Origin: Thraustochytrium aureum
Lineage: Eukaryota
Reading direction: 5' to 3'
Length of the DNA stretch: 64,000 nucleotides
Assembly (NCBI GenBank): GCA_012862495.1
Contig: BLSG01000316.1
Location: 91,933-155,932, forward strand
Shown: piece by piece, positions 47,048 through 59,086 of the stretch
Position numbering within the stretch: the stretch's first letter is position 1
Layout: each line of letters begins with the position of its first letter
Notes under the pieces: generated by a model
Database searches by the model: none
Seen by the model: only the letters and a program-made list of their open reading frames with translations
Told to the model about the DNA's origin: nothing
Program-made: the position numbers and the translations under genes

Positions 47048-48751
47048 ATGGCCAGGACCGCCAGGACGCGCGCGGCGGCGAGCTGGAAGGTGAGGGATGG
47101 CGGCCAAGGCGATGGTGGTGCTGGTCGGCACCGGGCTGGGCGCGGTGGCGCTGCACATGGCGGCGGAAGCGAGGCCGTGAGGGAGAATCGCGAACGCGCT
47201 CTCGCTGCAGGCACGTGCGTGACAACGCTGAACCCGCTGTTGAACGGCACACTGCAGACGCGCGGCCTCAAGTTTTGCGAAGAAGAGTCGAGCATGCTGT
47301 ACGGGATCTCCTTCGTCGTGATGGTTTACACCTTCTGGGCGCTCGCGATCGTGGTCGACGAAGGCTTTGTGAGCATCATCGACTTTATCGTTGACGATCT
47401 GGCCATCCCTGAGGACGTGGCGGGCGCGACCTTTATGGCCGCTGGAGGCTCGGCTCCCGAACTGTTCACCAACATGGTCTCTACGTTTGGCCTCACTTCG
47501 ACAGGGTTCGGCACCGTCGTGGGCAGCGCCGTGTTCAACATCTTGTTTGTGATTGCCATGTCGGCGCTCTTTAGCAGGCCGCGGCACGAGGTCGAGCGCC
47601 GGCGTATCGCCCGAGAGCGCGGAAAGCCCATCAACGAGCCCTGGGTGTTCGAGCCGCTCCCGCTCACCTGGTGGCCGCTCTTCCGCGACGCGTCCTTCTA
47701 CGTGATCGGCCTAGCCATGCTTGCCACGTTCTTCTTCTTCGACTCGCCCTTCCCCGAGTCGAACGGGATCTACTGGTACGAGTCGCTTTCCCTGTTCCTG
47801 TTGTATATCGTCTACTGCGTGCAGATGGCCTACGGCGACAGCCTAAAGGCCATCGTGCAGCGCATTGTCCCCTGCATCGTTCCCGCCAAACAGCGGGTCG
47901 AGCCCTCGTCCTCGTCAACCGCGTCTGGGAGCTCGGGGCCGCAGCCAGTCGTCTCGTTCCAGGACCTCGAAGAAACGGCCGACGACCCCGCGAAGGGCAC
48001 GCTCACAAGGCGGGCTTCCAAGCGCTTTTCGGAGAGCAAGCTCGTGCGCCGACTCAGCAGCGTCTCCACGATCGATCCGGACGGGGGAATGGAGGAAGTC
48101 GAGATGCCGCGCATGCGACCGTCTTCTTGGCGGGGCGACCCGGACCGCGCCGACGAAAAGCTGTACCGCGTCCGCGTCTTCTGCGTCTGGTTTATCACGC
48201 TGCCCGTGACATTCACACTCAAGACCGTCTACTTCAACAATGAGAGGCTCACAGCCATTGAGAATGTCGTGGTGCGCCGCGTATGCGCCACCTATGCCTT
48301 CCTTCTCAGTCTCGTTTGGATTGCCTTCTTCACGTACCTCATGGTCTTCAGCGGCGAGTCGATCTTCGTCACGCTTGGCATCCCCGAGATTGTGCTTGGG
48401 TACACGGTTCTGGCTATCGGCACGAGCATCCCTGACCTCCTTAGCTCGGTATTCGTCGCCCAGTACGGTTTCGGGGACATGGCGGTCTCCTCATCTATTG
48501 GGAGCAACATTTTTGACATTCTGGTCGGCCTGCCCGTGCCGTGGATGCTCCGTTACTTTGTCACTGGCGAGTCGTTGCCTGTGACAACGGATTCGATTGG
48601 GCGCTCGCTCTCGATCATCATTGGAATGATGCTCGTTCTCGTGGGAATCATTGTCTGGCAGGACTGGAAGCTGACTCGCACGTCAGCTTGGGCCATGCTC
48701 TTCAGCTATTTCGCCTTCCTCCTCGCGGCCTGTTTGCCCGAGGTTCTCTAG
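47048..48751 (+). CDS. K+-dependent Na+/Ca2+ exchanger (SLC24/NCKX family); probable compensating indels ~47095 and ~47180
   Basis: Alpha-1 repeat DVAGATFMAAGGSAPELFT...GTVVGSAVFN; alpha-2 repeat LAIGTSIPDL...GDMAVSSSIGSNIFDI. Confidence 0.93.
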   Translation: MARTARTRAAASWKVRDGGQGDGGAGRHRAGRGGAAHGGGSEAVRENRERALAAGTCVTTLNPLLNGTLQTRGLKFCEEESSMLYGISFVVMVYTFWALAIVVDEGFVSIIDFIVDDLAIPEDVAGATFMAAGGSAPELFTNMVSTFGLTSTGFGTVVGSAVFNILFVIAMSALFSRPRHEVERRRIARERGKPINEPWVFEPLPLTWWPLFRDASFYVIGLAMLATFFFFDSPFPESNGIYWYESLSLFLLYIVYCVQMAYGDSLKAIVQRIVPCIVPAKQRVEPSSSSTASGSSGPQPVVSFQDLEETADDPAKGTLTRRASKRFSESKLVRRLSSVSTIDPDGGMEEVEMPRMRPSSWRGDPDRADEKLYRVRVFCVWFITLPVTFTLKTVYFNNERLTAIENVVVRRVCATYAFLLSLVWIAFFTYLMVFSGESIFVTLGIPEIVLGYTVLAIGTSIPDLLSSVFVAQYGFGDMAVSSSIGSNIFDILVGLPVPWMLRYFVTGESLPVTTDSIGRSLSIIIGMMLVLVGIIVWQDWKLTRTSAWAMLFSYFAFLLAACLPEVL

Positions 48752-49173
48752 CTGCTAGAGTTGGATGCCGAGGTTCTTCGACTGTCGTTCTGCCCGCGCT
48801 CGCCAAGCTCAGGGTCTTGGAAGGACTAGAGTGTGGCGCACTGCTCGAATGGCTCCGCGACCTCGACGTTGGACTGACTGACCAAATAACCAATCTTCTG
48901 TTTCAACTTCGGACACCGTCCAGGGCTTTGTCAACCTGCCTGCCTGCCTGACTGGCGGCTGCATGCTGTGCACGATGACGCTACTAGTAGCTAGCTTACG
49001 CGACTTTTGGAAGGTCACTCGCCACGGCCAGCTGCGCAACGCCAGGGACGCAGCTGCTCTGCTCAGCTCGGCAGCGCTCCTTCGCTGCCTTCCTACTAGT
49101 AACTGCTCAGAGCACAAGAGCAGAGCTGGGCGGGCGGGCGAGCACGCCAGACAGAGAGGGAGGCACTGTGGGC

Positions 49174-50210
49174 ATGGCGAACGAGCTCTTGCGCGAAACT
49201 GCGGCGCGGGTGGATGACGCCGCGGACAGGCTCGCTGGCAAGGTGTACCGCACGCCCTTGCAGCGCGCGCTGTGGCTCGAGCCAGAGGGGACGGGACGCG
49301 GGTGCTTCTCAAGCTCGAATCCGAGCAGGTGACAGGCAGCTTCAAGGCGCGCGGGGCCACGAACAAGGTGCTCAACCTGTCCCCGGACGAGCTGGAGCGC
49401 GGCGTCATCACTGCTAGCACTGGCAACCACGCTCTCGCAGTTACGTACGCAGTGCAGGGCCTCGACAACCCCAAAGCGACCTTTGAGATCGTGCTCCCGG
49501 AGACCGCGTCCTCAGCCAAGGTCGACCAGCTCCGTGCGCTCCGAGCCCCACTACGCTTCTTCGGCAAGGACTGCCTTTTGGCCGAAACGGAGGCGATTCG
49601 CGAGGCGGCAGCAACGGGCAAAGTGTACGTGTCGCCCTACAACGACCCGCTTGTACTCGCCGGCCAGGGCACGGTGGCCAAGGAGATCCTCGAGGACCTC
49701 GACGCGGTGCTCGCCACCCCAAACGCCAAGCTTGACGCCGTCTTTGTCCCTGTGGGCGGCGGCGGCCTCATCAGCGGCATTGCCGCCTACATCAAGGTGC
49801 ACTCGGCTTCGACGCGCGTGTACGGATGTTGCCCTCGCAATGACGCCCACATGCCCCGCAGCATCGCGGCGGGCCACTTGATCCAGGGCGACGGCTATCT
49901 CGAAAACGCGGGCAAGACAATCAGCGAAGGGACAGCGGGCGCCGTCGAACCAGGCAGCGTGACCTTTGACATTTGCCGAGCCGCCGTCGACGCTTGGATA
50001 GAGCTCGAGGAGGAGGAGATCGGCCGCGCGGTCGTAGACATGCTCGCGCTCCATCACAAGGCAGTTGAGGGCGCTGCTGGCCTCGGCGTTGCTGCGGTGC
50101 GCCGCATGGCGCCAGAGCTGGTAGGCAAGAGCGTTGCAATCGTCATTTGCGGCGGAAACGTCAAGGCGGACATGATGCGAGACCTCCTCAACACGCACCT
50201 CGGCGTGTAG
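49174..50210 (+). CDS. PLP-dependent serine/threonine dehydratase (serine racemase family); frame break ~49290
   Basis: VYRTPL; LKLESEQVTGSFKARGA (PLP Lys); ASTGNHA; AGQGT; PVGGGGLISG; ICGGN. Confidence 0.92.
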
Positions 50211-50354
50211 GCGTAGCGGCCAGCACCATTTCGGCCAATAAAGACCGTTTCGAAACGACAGCGCCCAGCACCAATACGGCAAATGAAGATCGTTTGATCC
50301 GCGAACGGACCGAAAGAAACGAGTGCTTTACTCTAGAGTAGTTTACGTTTTGCT

Positions 50355-51800
50355 TCACGGGAGCCACGCCGCGTCCTGTTCAAGGAGACCGTCACTGCCA
50401 AGGCCGCCCCCGGCCCAGGCTCCGCTGCACTGCCTGCGGCGCCCATCCCAGATCGAGCCTAGCCCCGACGTGCCAGAGCGAGGAGGCCCTGTCTGCGGCG
50501 CACTACCATGCGCAGGGACAGTCTCGTCCGCAAGGCAGGCCTGCACTCCCCGTCTCAATCGCTCCTCGAGACGACCAAAACGAGGCGCGGCAATCGGGCC
50601 GATGAACACGAGTATGGAGCGAAACGACCCCTTTTCGTCTGCGCGAAGGCGGCGCTGCCGCTGCAGCGACAGTTGTCCATAGACGCCTTGCAACACGTAC
50701 ACCTGATCTTCCCCGAACCTACGGGCCCAGATCACGCCCTTGTATCTGACCAAGGCAGTCGGATAGGAGCGGATGATGGACTCCTCCAACCAGGCGCGTA
50801 GCTGATCGACGTCAAGTGGACCGGCGCGCACTTCAATCGAGAGGCTGGAAAACCCCATCACGTCATGAGCGTGATGGCGGGCCGGAGCTGAGACTCGGTT
50901 CGGCGTCTCCTGGTGCTCGTGCCCAGCGTGATGCCCGCCCAGGCCCTCTGCTCCATCTTCTGCAAACCTCAGGAGCTCGGAAGCCTTTGCCCCGGCTTCG
51001 AGCGAGAAAGCATTCATGCGCATGAACGCACCTTGTCCAAGCCCTCCAGGAAGCGGCTCTGACGCATCGCCCAGCGAGCACGGGTACACCTCGCACGACG
51101 CGTTCAGCGCGCGGATCGTGTCTTGGAGCGCCGCGACGCGGGAAGCAGAATCTCCGCTCAGTGCGTCAACCTTGTTGACAAGCACGACGTCGGCCAGCGC
51201 GAGCTGCTCGCGCATCAAACCGCCCTCGTGGGACCCGTCGCCTCGTAAGAGCGCGTCCGCGTTGGCAGCGTCGACCACGCAGATCACACAATCAAGCTGC
51301 AGGGCGCGCTGCACGAACGGGTCGGCAAAGAATGTCTGGCAAACCGGAGCGAGCTCGGAGAGCCCCGAAAGCTCGAGGACGATTCCGTCCAGGCTGCCGC
51401 GGCTCCGCCCGATGAGCCGCTTCAGCGCGTCTACGAGGTCGCCGCGCACGCGGCAGCACATGCAGCCGTTTGGCATGAGGACCACTTCGTCCGCGGCGTC
51501 CAGCGCGCCTCGAGCCGCGCTGCTCTCCGCGATGAGCAGGTCGTCAACGGATTGTTCTCCGACTTCGTTTTCAATCACTGCTAGCCGCAGCTTCGGATCG
51601 CTTGACCGGAGCAGCTTGTTGAGCGCGGTGGTCTTGCCGCTCCCGAGGAACCCCGTCAAGATCGTGCAAGGCCTCCGTTGGCCGCGCAGCTGGTCGCAGC
51701 GTTCAGCCGCCACCTTGTCACTGAGCGACCATGTCGCAGTAGCCTGGCCGTCATCACCCGCGGCACTCTCCTGCCGCGCCTTCTCGCAGAACCGGCACAT
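50355..51800 (-). CDS. COG0523/CobW/ZNG1-family metal-dependent GTPase (metallochaperone)
   Basis: TGFLGSGKTT, AVIENEVGE, NGCMCCRVRGDL, ADVVLVNKVD, a His-rich linker and CobW_C-like VRYKGV...VLQGV. Confidence 0.92.
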   Translation of the reverse strand: MCRFCEKARQESAAGDDGQATATWSLSDKVAAERCDQLRGQRRPCTILTGFLGSGKTTALNKLLRSSDPKLRLAVIENEVGEQSVDDLLIAESSAARGALDAADEVVLMPNGCMCCRVRGDLVDALKRLIGRSRGSLDGIVLELSGLSELAPVCQTFFADPFVQRALQLDCVICVVDAANADALLRGDGSHEGGLMREQLALADVVLVNKVDALSGDSASRVAALQDTIRALNASCEVYPCSLGDASEPLPGGLGQGAFMRMNAFSLEAGAKASELLRFAEDGAEGLGGHHAGHEHQETPNRVSAPARHHAHDVMGFSSLSIEVRAGPLDVDQLRAWLEESIIRSYPTALVRYKGVIWARRFGEDQVYVLQGVYGQLSLQRQRRLRADEKGSFRSILVFIGPIAAPRFGRLEERLRRGVQACLADETVPAHGSAPQTGPPRSGTSGLGSIWDGRRRQCSGAWAGGGLGSDGLLEQDAAWLP

Positions 51801-52485
51801 GACGCCCGCCCGTCACAAGGCCAGGCACACGAGCCTTTGACCACGTCGTCGGCGCCGCGACGACGCAGCCCTGNNNNNNNNNNNNNNNNNNNNNNNNNNN
51901 NNNNNNNNNNNNNNNNNNNNNNNNNNNNNNNNNNNNNNNNNNNNNNNNNNNNNNNNNNNNNNNNNNNNNNNNNNNNNNNNNNNNNNNNNNNNNNNNNNNN
52001 NNNNNNNNNNNNNNNNNNNNNNNNNNNNNNNNNNNNNNNNNNNNNNNNNNNNNNNNNNNNNNNNNNNNNNNNNNNNCCTGCCTGTTGTCGGCCCTGCAGC
52101 GCAGCCCTGCCTGCGTCCACTGCTGCTGCTGCTGCTGCGTCCATTGCAAGTCGTCCATTTGTGCCATTTCCACTTGGAAGAGCCGCCCTTCCCGGCTCCA
52201 CAGTTAGGTCAAGAGTCCAAAGCTACCAGCTTTCAATAGCTTGTGACTGTGGGGAGAATACGCCTTAATGCAGGCATTTGCGGGCGCCAGTGTAAGAGGG
52301 GTACGGGGGGTGATTAAGGCGGTTGTGGGCTCTGGAAAAGCGGGAAAGCACTGGCGCTGAGATGGCAGTGACGCAGTGCCGGTGGCGTGCGGTGCGGACC
52401 AATGTGGAAGTGCGTGCGGCAGACCCCGAACGACTCAGCAGCGCCAGCACCAGAAGACCAAGACGTGGCCAGCCTCGAACGCGCC

Positions 52486-52488
<3 letters not shown>

Positions 52489-52521
<33 letters not shown>

Positions 52522-52790
52522 TGCAGCAGCAGGAGCAGCAGGAGCCGGTCGACCCCGAAGCGATTGTAGCAGCAGAAGCACCGCAGACGAGCACGCGAAC
52601 GCTACTGCAGCAGCAGCAGAAGAAGAAGAAGAAGTAGAAGACCTCGCTCTAGCAAAGGAGCAGCAAAAGCAGCAGCGGAAGGAGAAGAAGCTTGCCTCGA
52701 ACGCACTTGAAGCTGCCGAAGCAGACCTCCAACGCAGCACCAGCAGCACCAGCAGCACCAGCAGACCCCGAACGCAACAGTGGCAGCAGC
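52489..52790. repeat. (CAG)n/(AAG)n low-complexity region upstream of DCAF1, possibly coding
   Basis: CAG runs at 52489-52540 and a recurring GACCCCGAA motif; stops occur in all three plus frames. Confidence 0.6.
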
Positions 52791-52878
52791 AGGAGCTGTA
52801 GAGTCGGGCGAACAGGGTTTGCAGGCGCTCCAGCTCTGGGGGCTGTGGCCTGAAGGAGCGAGACAAGAGTGACAGTGG

Positions 52879-55800
52879 ATGAAGCGCGAGAATGGAGGCG
52901 CAGAGCGAGGCGGAAGGCAACGCAGACGGCGCGAGACTGGCGATGTCGAGGGCGCGGACGGCGCGTCGCAAACGCCACGGACAGAACCTGTGGAAGAGGA
53001 CGTAAAGGGCGGGGAAACGAAACGTGGTGCAAGAGCGTCTGAGAGCGCCGCGGGTCGCGCGGACGGCGTCGACGATAATGATGACGAGGTGGAAGAGGAT
53101 AACGAGGAGATCGACGACGAGGAAGAGGACGACGACGACGACGATGACGACGAGGACGAGGACGAGGAGGAGGACGAGGGAGCAATCGCCAGAGATGGGC
53201 CAAGCACCGGCGAGACAGGCGCAGGCGAGGCCAGCCAGTTTCTCGAGGAGCTTGTTGCTGACGTGATGAAACTAGGCGGAGTCTCTACCTTTGAGATCGG
53301 GACGCGTCTCGACATAAACGACCCTGACGCGACTCGCGCCATCGCTGCCATGGATGAGCTCGCCTCGCGACTAGAGGAAATGGAACTCGACTACCTGTCT
53401 CGAGCAAAGTGCTGCCCGATGATCAATATGCGCGAAAAGGCGTCGATCGGGTACGCGATGAGCGTTCTAGAGGGCGAAGAGGCGCTTCCAGAGATCTTAC
53501 AGGCCTGCATCTCTGACGCATGCCCCACTCTGCGGAGCAACCTCAAGGTCAAGAACGCCGCACTCCACTTGCTCAATGCGATTCTGGCGCCGAACGAGGC
53601 GTACGGATACGCCCCAGTGTATGGCATGGTGGACCAAGTGGTGAGCTACCAGGTACTTCTTGCGTACGCGTACGGGGACGCTTTCCTCTTCGACAAACAG
53701 CAGTCGAGCGAGCTCTTGCGCAAGAGCTCGACGACGCCAACGATCCTGCGCAAGCGCGCCCAGCAGCACCAGGGCCGCGTCGAAGACGAAGTGGCCCGCC
53801 AAGTGATCAAGTGGTGGAGCGAGGATCCCGCGCAGGCGCGCCTGCTCCGCGAACGGGCCACGTCGCTGCTTGCTGTTTACGTTTATATCGACAAGAGCGC
53901 TGCAGAGTACGTAATGGAGCACCACATTGAACGCGCCATCCATGTCGCGTTCCCGCGCGTGCTCCTGACTCGGATTCGCAAAGAGCTCCTCCCAAAGTAC
54001 CAGAAGGACGTCGGCGCACCCGCGGTTAAGCCGCTGTCGCGCAACTCGAAGCAGCGCGCCTCGCGCTCGCGCCGCGGCCCGCGCAGTGCAGCCCCACCAA
54101 CCGCTAGCCAAGCTACCTTGCGGCAACGCCAAGGGGAGCAGAATCAAGGCAAGCAAAAAAGGGTAAAGCCCAGGTGCAGGCCAAAGACGAGGACGACGGG
54201 GCAGACGCAATCGCTGCGGCGGTTCAAAGATATGCGGCGCACAACGCCGAGTTGCGCGGCGCGACGAGGATGATCGGGATGCTTGCAACGCACAACACTG
54301 GAATTGTTCGCCCTGTCCTACAGGAGAACGGGCTGAAAATGATCGCGCAGATGCTCAACCACGGCCACCAAGACACGCTCTTGGCGTACGAAGCGCTACT
54401 TACGGCGTCCAACCTCGCCGTGCAGCCAAAGTTCGCAAACGAGTTTATTGACAGGGGCACCGTGCGACTCTTGCTGGACCTCGTGCAAACGACAAAGTCG
54501 CCCCAGTTCATCGACCCCGGTGTCTCGTTCTGCCTCTCGACGCTGGCCATGTTTGCGGTGGACAAGCTTTGCCAGCTCCCCTCTGCGCAGCTCAAGCAAG
54601 CGAACAAGCTCCATGTCAAGCTGCTCTGCGACGAGCAAGACTTGTCACGGATCAACGCGCTCGTGTACTGGGGCTCTGCGCTCAAGTGCCCGATGAACCT
54701 GAAAATGTTTGACAGCATGGACGGCCTCCAACATTTGCTGAACGCACTCGCCGACCCCGTGGCTGCCATGTCTTCAATGAAAGTCGAAATCCTCGTGCAG
54801 CGGATCATGGTCACTCTTGACACGTACTTTCGAGTGCACGCAGCAGTTGCGGCCCACCTCGTCCAGAATGAGCTGGCTGCTGAGGCCCAGCTGGCCCACG
54901 TCAACCGCAGCGTTGGAAATCGGGGCACTGCGGCCCCGCACCAGGCTAGTGGGGGCGCCCAGGCGCAGACCGGTGCGCCGGCGCAAATGCAGCGCAGTGG
55001 CAATGCCGCGCATTCCACTGACGGGTTGTCGCACTTGCAACCGCGTTTGCGCAGCTCGAGCATCGGGAGCTTGAGCAGCTTGGGCAGCTCCGCGAGCCGA
55101 ACAGCGCGCGCGAGGCATCTGCCGGAAAACCAGCCGATCGAGGTGGACGCGGTGGCCCACGAAAACACGATGAATATCCTTCAGGCCAACCGGGACACAG
55201 CGATGCGCATTTTGACAAGAGCGCACTGGCGGCCAGTCGAGTCACTGCTTGCGTATAGGCTGCCGGAGCCAACAGAGTGGGACGGTGCCCCGCCGCCTCG
55301 CGAGCAGCATGACCGCGCCCCGGCGCTTACCATGCTTTTGCAGGTCATACACCACACGTCGAGCATGGAGGTGCCGCGGTCCAACTTTGTAAACTCTGCC
55401 CTCGAGGCCCTGCACGTTTTGCGAATTGTCACGCTTTTGCCGCACACCTATCAGCTGGTCTGCGAGGCATCTGTTCCCGCCGCATATTCTCCGCTCGGCG
55501 GGGACGTGGCGGAGATGTGGGCGTTCGGCGTGGACGAGGACGAGGACACCGTGCACGGGATCACGGTGCTTCTCGAAGTCGCGGTGGGCACGTTTGAGGC
55601 ACGGGACGCCTCACTCATAGTCAACGCGCTCCAAGTGCTGTGCAACTGCTGCACACCGAGCATGGGCGACGACCGCGCACAGCGGCCCGTCCGCCGCCTT
55701 GCTCGGCACAACAACGCTCTCATGACGCTCCTTGCGCTCTTGCGGTACAACGAAACGCCGCGCCACGCAGACTGGATCAGGTACTTGGCCTGCCTCGCGC

Positions 55801-58361
55801 TGCACGGGCTGGCCAACGACCACCACGTCGCGCAGGTGCTCGAGACGCTCAACATCACGCAAGCGCTTACGAAGATCGCGCGATCCGAGCCCGTGCTGGT
55901 CGAGAACAAGCGCATTCACAAGCGACTGAAACGTGAGGCGCTCAAGCTCATCGAGCACATCTCGGGCGCCTGCAAGACGACCGAAACGCGTGCCATTATC
56001 GGCGACGTCGCAGACGCGACCAACAAACGGCTCTTGCGCAACTCGATCGTGGAGCGCACCGAGATCTGTTTTGATTCTCGCGAGCTGTTGCTGCTGATCC
56101 AGGACCACCTCAAGGACCGCGGACTGAAGCGCGCCGCAGCTGTGCTCGGCGAAGAGGCCAAGGGCCTGCAGCAAACGGACGCTCAGGCGGGGCGGAAATC
56201 CGGGACCCCGAAAGGCGCTGGCAAGAAGCGGCTTCCGTGGCCTGCACGGTTTCTAGTCGGCAAAAATGCGCCTCGGGGCCGCTTTGGGTTCCTGAAGACT
56301 GCTCCGTCGATCCGGCTGCCGCTTGTAGAGCAGTCTGGCGCGGAGCTCGCAACGCCGATGCGCAAGCGAACCGCAAGCGGCGGGCCCGTCCCGGGGCCTT
56401 CCGCTCCGAGGGTGCACGGCTCTGCAGCCGCGGTGGCTGCGGTGTTGACGCCTTTGGCATCGGGGCGAGCTCGCAAGGCGGCGCAGACGCCCCGCAGGGA
56501 GCGCACCGACGCAGGATCAAGCGCAGCCATCGGCGGTGGCTCAACGGCCAAGCGGCGGCGCCTCAATGCCGCCTCTCAAGGGCACGGGCAAGGACAAGGA
56601 CTGGAGTCTCCCGCGTTCTCCCTCGCCGGCGCCGAAAATGGTGCCGAGCCGCTGCCGTTGTCGATAGGCGTGATGTCAGTCAGCCGGGTAGCGGAAACGG
56701 CAGTCGCTGGGAGCGAGGCAACGGGCAGCGAGGGGGTGTCGCCGGCTCGCGTTTTGCACTCGAGCTCGGGCCCCTGCACTGGACTTGAGCGCATCGTGCA
56801 AGACTACCTGCGTGAACAGCATCGCAAGTGCCTCGACCCCGTGACGATCGTGCCGCCCTTCTCCTTGGTGGGCAAGCAGCACCAATGTGTTCCCGACAAT
56901 AAGCTGCGTACGCGTGAGGCGCCGACTAATTTGCTTCGCCGGCTCCTCCAGCGCGAGTTGAGCGGGACACAGCACGGCGGCCTCGGAGGCCTCGCGCAGG
57001 ACGTGCGGCTCGTGCATGGCCGATCTACGTGCGTGCGGTCCTTCCGCAATATCACGCAAAACGAAACGGGCGGCGCCGACGGGGCCGCGGACGCTGTTCC
57101 TGACGAGAGCGAGGTGTCCGACACGTTCAGCTCGGTGACATTTCTGCACCACTCGAGCGACTACGAGGACCTCATCCTCGGCACGAGCGCCGGCGACCTC
57201 GTCCTGCGCAACACGCACACGTGCCACACTATGGCCAAGTGGCGCGTGCACGAGAAGCTTGTAAGCAGCGTGGCAGTCACCCCGGACGGCACCCGCGTTC
57301 TTTCCTGTGCAGCCGACGCCGGCACGGTTGCGCTGTCTCGGCTCCCGACGACGGTAGTGCGAGCTTACGGCGACACGTCGGCGGACGAGCTTGCCGAGGA
57401 GCGCCCGTACAATTGGCACGTCCGAAAGCGCAACCGGCAGGAGGACGAACTGGTTACATTGTGGCAGGACACCAACATCGCGGACGTGGAGCTGGACCGG
57501 CTGGGTACGCGGGTAGTTGCTACGCTGCTCAACCCCGAGCACGACGGTCACGAGCACGCGGCCGTAGTTTACGATCTGGCTACTGGGGAGGAGGTCGCCA
57601 AGCTGGTCGACACCAAACTGTCCAGTCGTTACTGGTGGCATCGCGCGAGCTTTGCGCCGCACGGTAGCACGACGGTCTTGCACGACGGCCTGCTCTGGGA
57701 CGTTCGGTCAAAAAAGGTCGTCCACAAGTTTGACAAGCTTTCCGAGTGCGGGCGGTGCACGTTCAAGCCTGATGGGACGCAGGTTGTGATCGACGCCTCG
57801 GTGTGGGACATGCGCACCTTTAAGCTTTTTGCGACTTGCTCTGCGTTCGAGGCCTCGGTTGTGCTCTTCGACGCCAACAGCACGGTGGCGTACAGCTACC
57901 GTCCCGACCTGGGCCAAGAGGACAACGACAAGTACTTGTCCTCTTACAACGTCGTTGACGTGTCCAACTACTCCACGATCACCACAAACGAGATCGATCC
58001 GTACACGATCGAAGGCATGGCGCTTGATCCGACAGGCCAAAAGCTTGCCGTCATTACTGACCGCAACGTGATTGACGAGGAGGAGTGGGCTGGCAAGCAG
58101 CGCGCGTGCCGCTTGTACGAAATCGGCCGCCAGTGGACCGTGGACGACACAGAGCTGAACCAAGAAAACGAAGACTCGGACGAGGAAGATAGCTCCACAG
58201 ACGACGACGAGGACGAGGACGACGACGACGAGGGCGGGTTTGGAAATGGCGCGTTCGGTGACAGCAACGACGAGGATGACGAGGACGACGAAGACTTTTT
58301 CTACCGCATCATCGGATCGTCGGGTTCGTCCGGCGAGGAGAGTGCTGCTGCGTCGGATTGA
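52879..58361 (+). CDS. DCAF1: DDB1- and CUL4-associated factor 1 (VprBP) homolog; frame break between ~54108 and 54174
   Basis: Armadillo-like region; LisH SRELLLLIQDHLKDRGLKRAAAVLGEEA; LERIVQDYLREQHRKC...PPFSL...HQC; WD40 DGLLWDVR...HKFDKL...VWDMRTF; acidic C-terminal tail. Confidence 0.9.
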
Positions 58362-59086
58362 GTGTTTGAGCCTCGAGCGACCGAAACGCAGCTTTTGATG
58401 GTTGGTTGTCCCTCGCGTTCTTGGGTTGACTAAGGAGAAGAAGACCTTGAAGAATAGCTGCTTTGAACAGATTGTTTTGTTTTCACTTGAGAATCAAAGA
58501 ATCGTGACACTACGCGATGATGGCGTGACTCCTGTTGATGTGATCCATGGTGACGAAGACCGAGACCCCCTGTAGGGCCCGGACTCTCAACCGAAAGTCC
58601 GAAGATGACGAAGAGCCGGACGAACGATGGCCCTGCGATGATCAAGAAGCCCTCCGTCTCGTTCAGCGTACCAGCGGAGTGAGACACACCACCGCTTGGA
58701 CTATAGATCATGAGCACGGACGTCTCGTGTCAACACAGCAAGGCTGTCATCCGTCAAGTTTTGCGTCCTCTGGATACCTTTGACTCGCATTTGGCTGCTG
58801 GTCCTTTGGGGCAAGCCTGGTTCCACCTTCTCCAGCGAACCGCCTCCGTGGCGCAGCGAGGCGACTTTGTTGGTGCTGCCTGACCTGATGATAGGTTCGG
58901 CAGCGCCGTTTCTTTCGTCTCCCGTAGCGTACCGGTATGTAGCGCGAGGTGGAGTAGAGGAGGTATCACCTAACCGCAGAATCAGGCGTGAACCTTGACA
59001 CGTCATCCGGTATGTTGCCGAACCTGCAGGCGAAGAAGGGAAAGTAGAAACCCTATTTGGCAATACGCTAGTAGAGACTTGTTTCG

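Noticed and set aside
3524..52268. Long ORF-track entries spanning N-runs and long antisense ORFs
   Set aside because: These are artefacts of N translation (no stops in gaps) and of high GC3 on the opposite coding strand.
58430..59063. Small ORFs between DCAF1 and the Kelch-PstS gene
   Set aside because: No recognisable domain; the region is consistent with convergent 3' UTRs.
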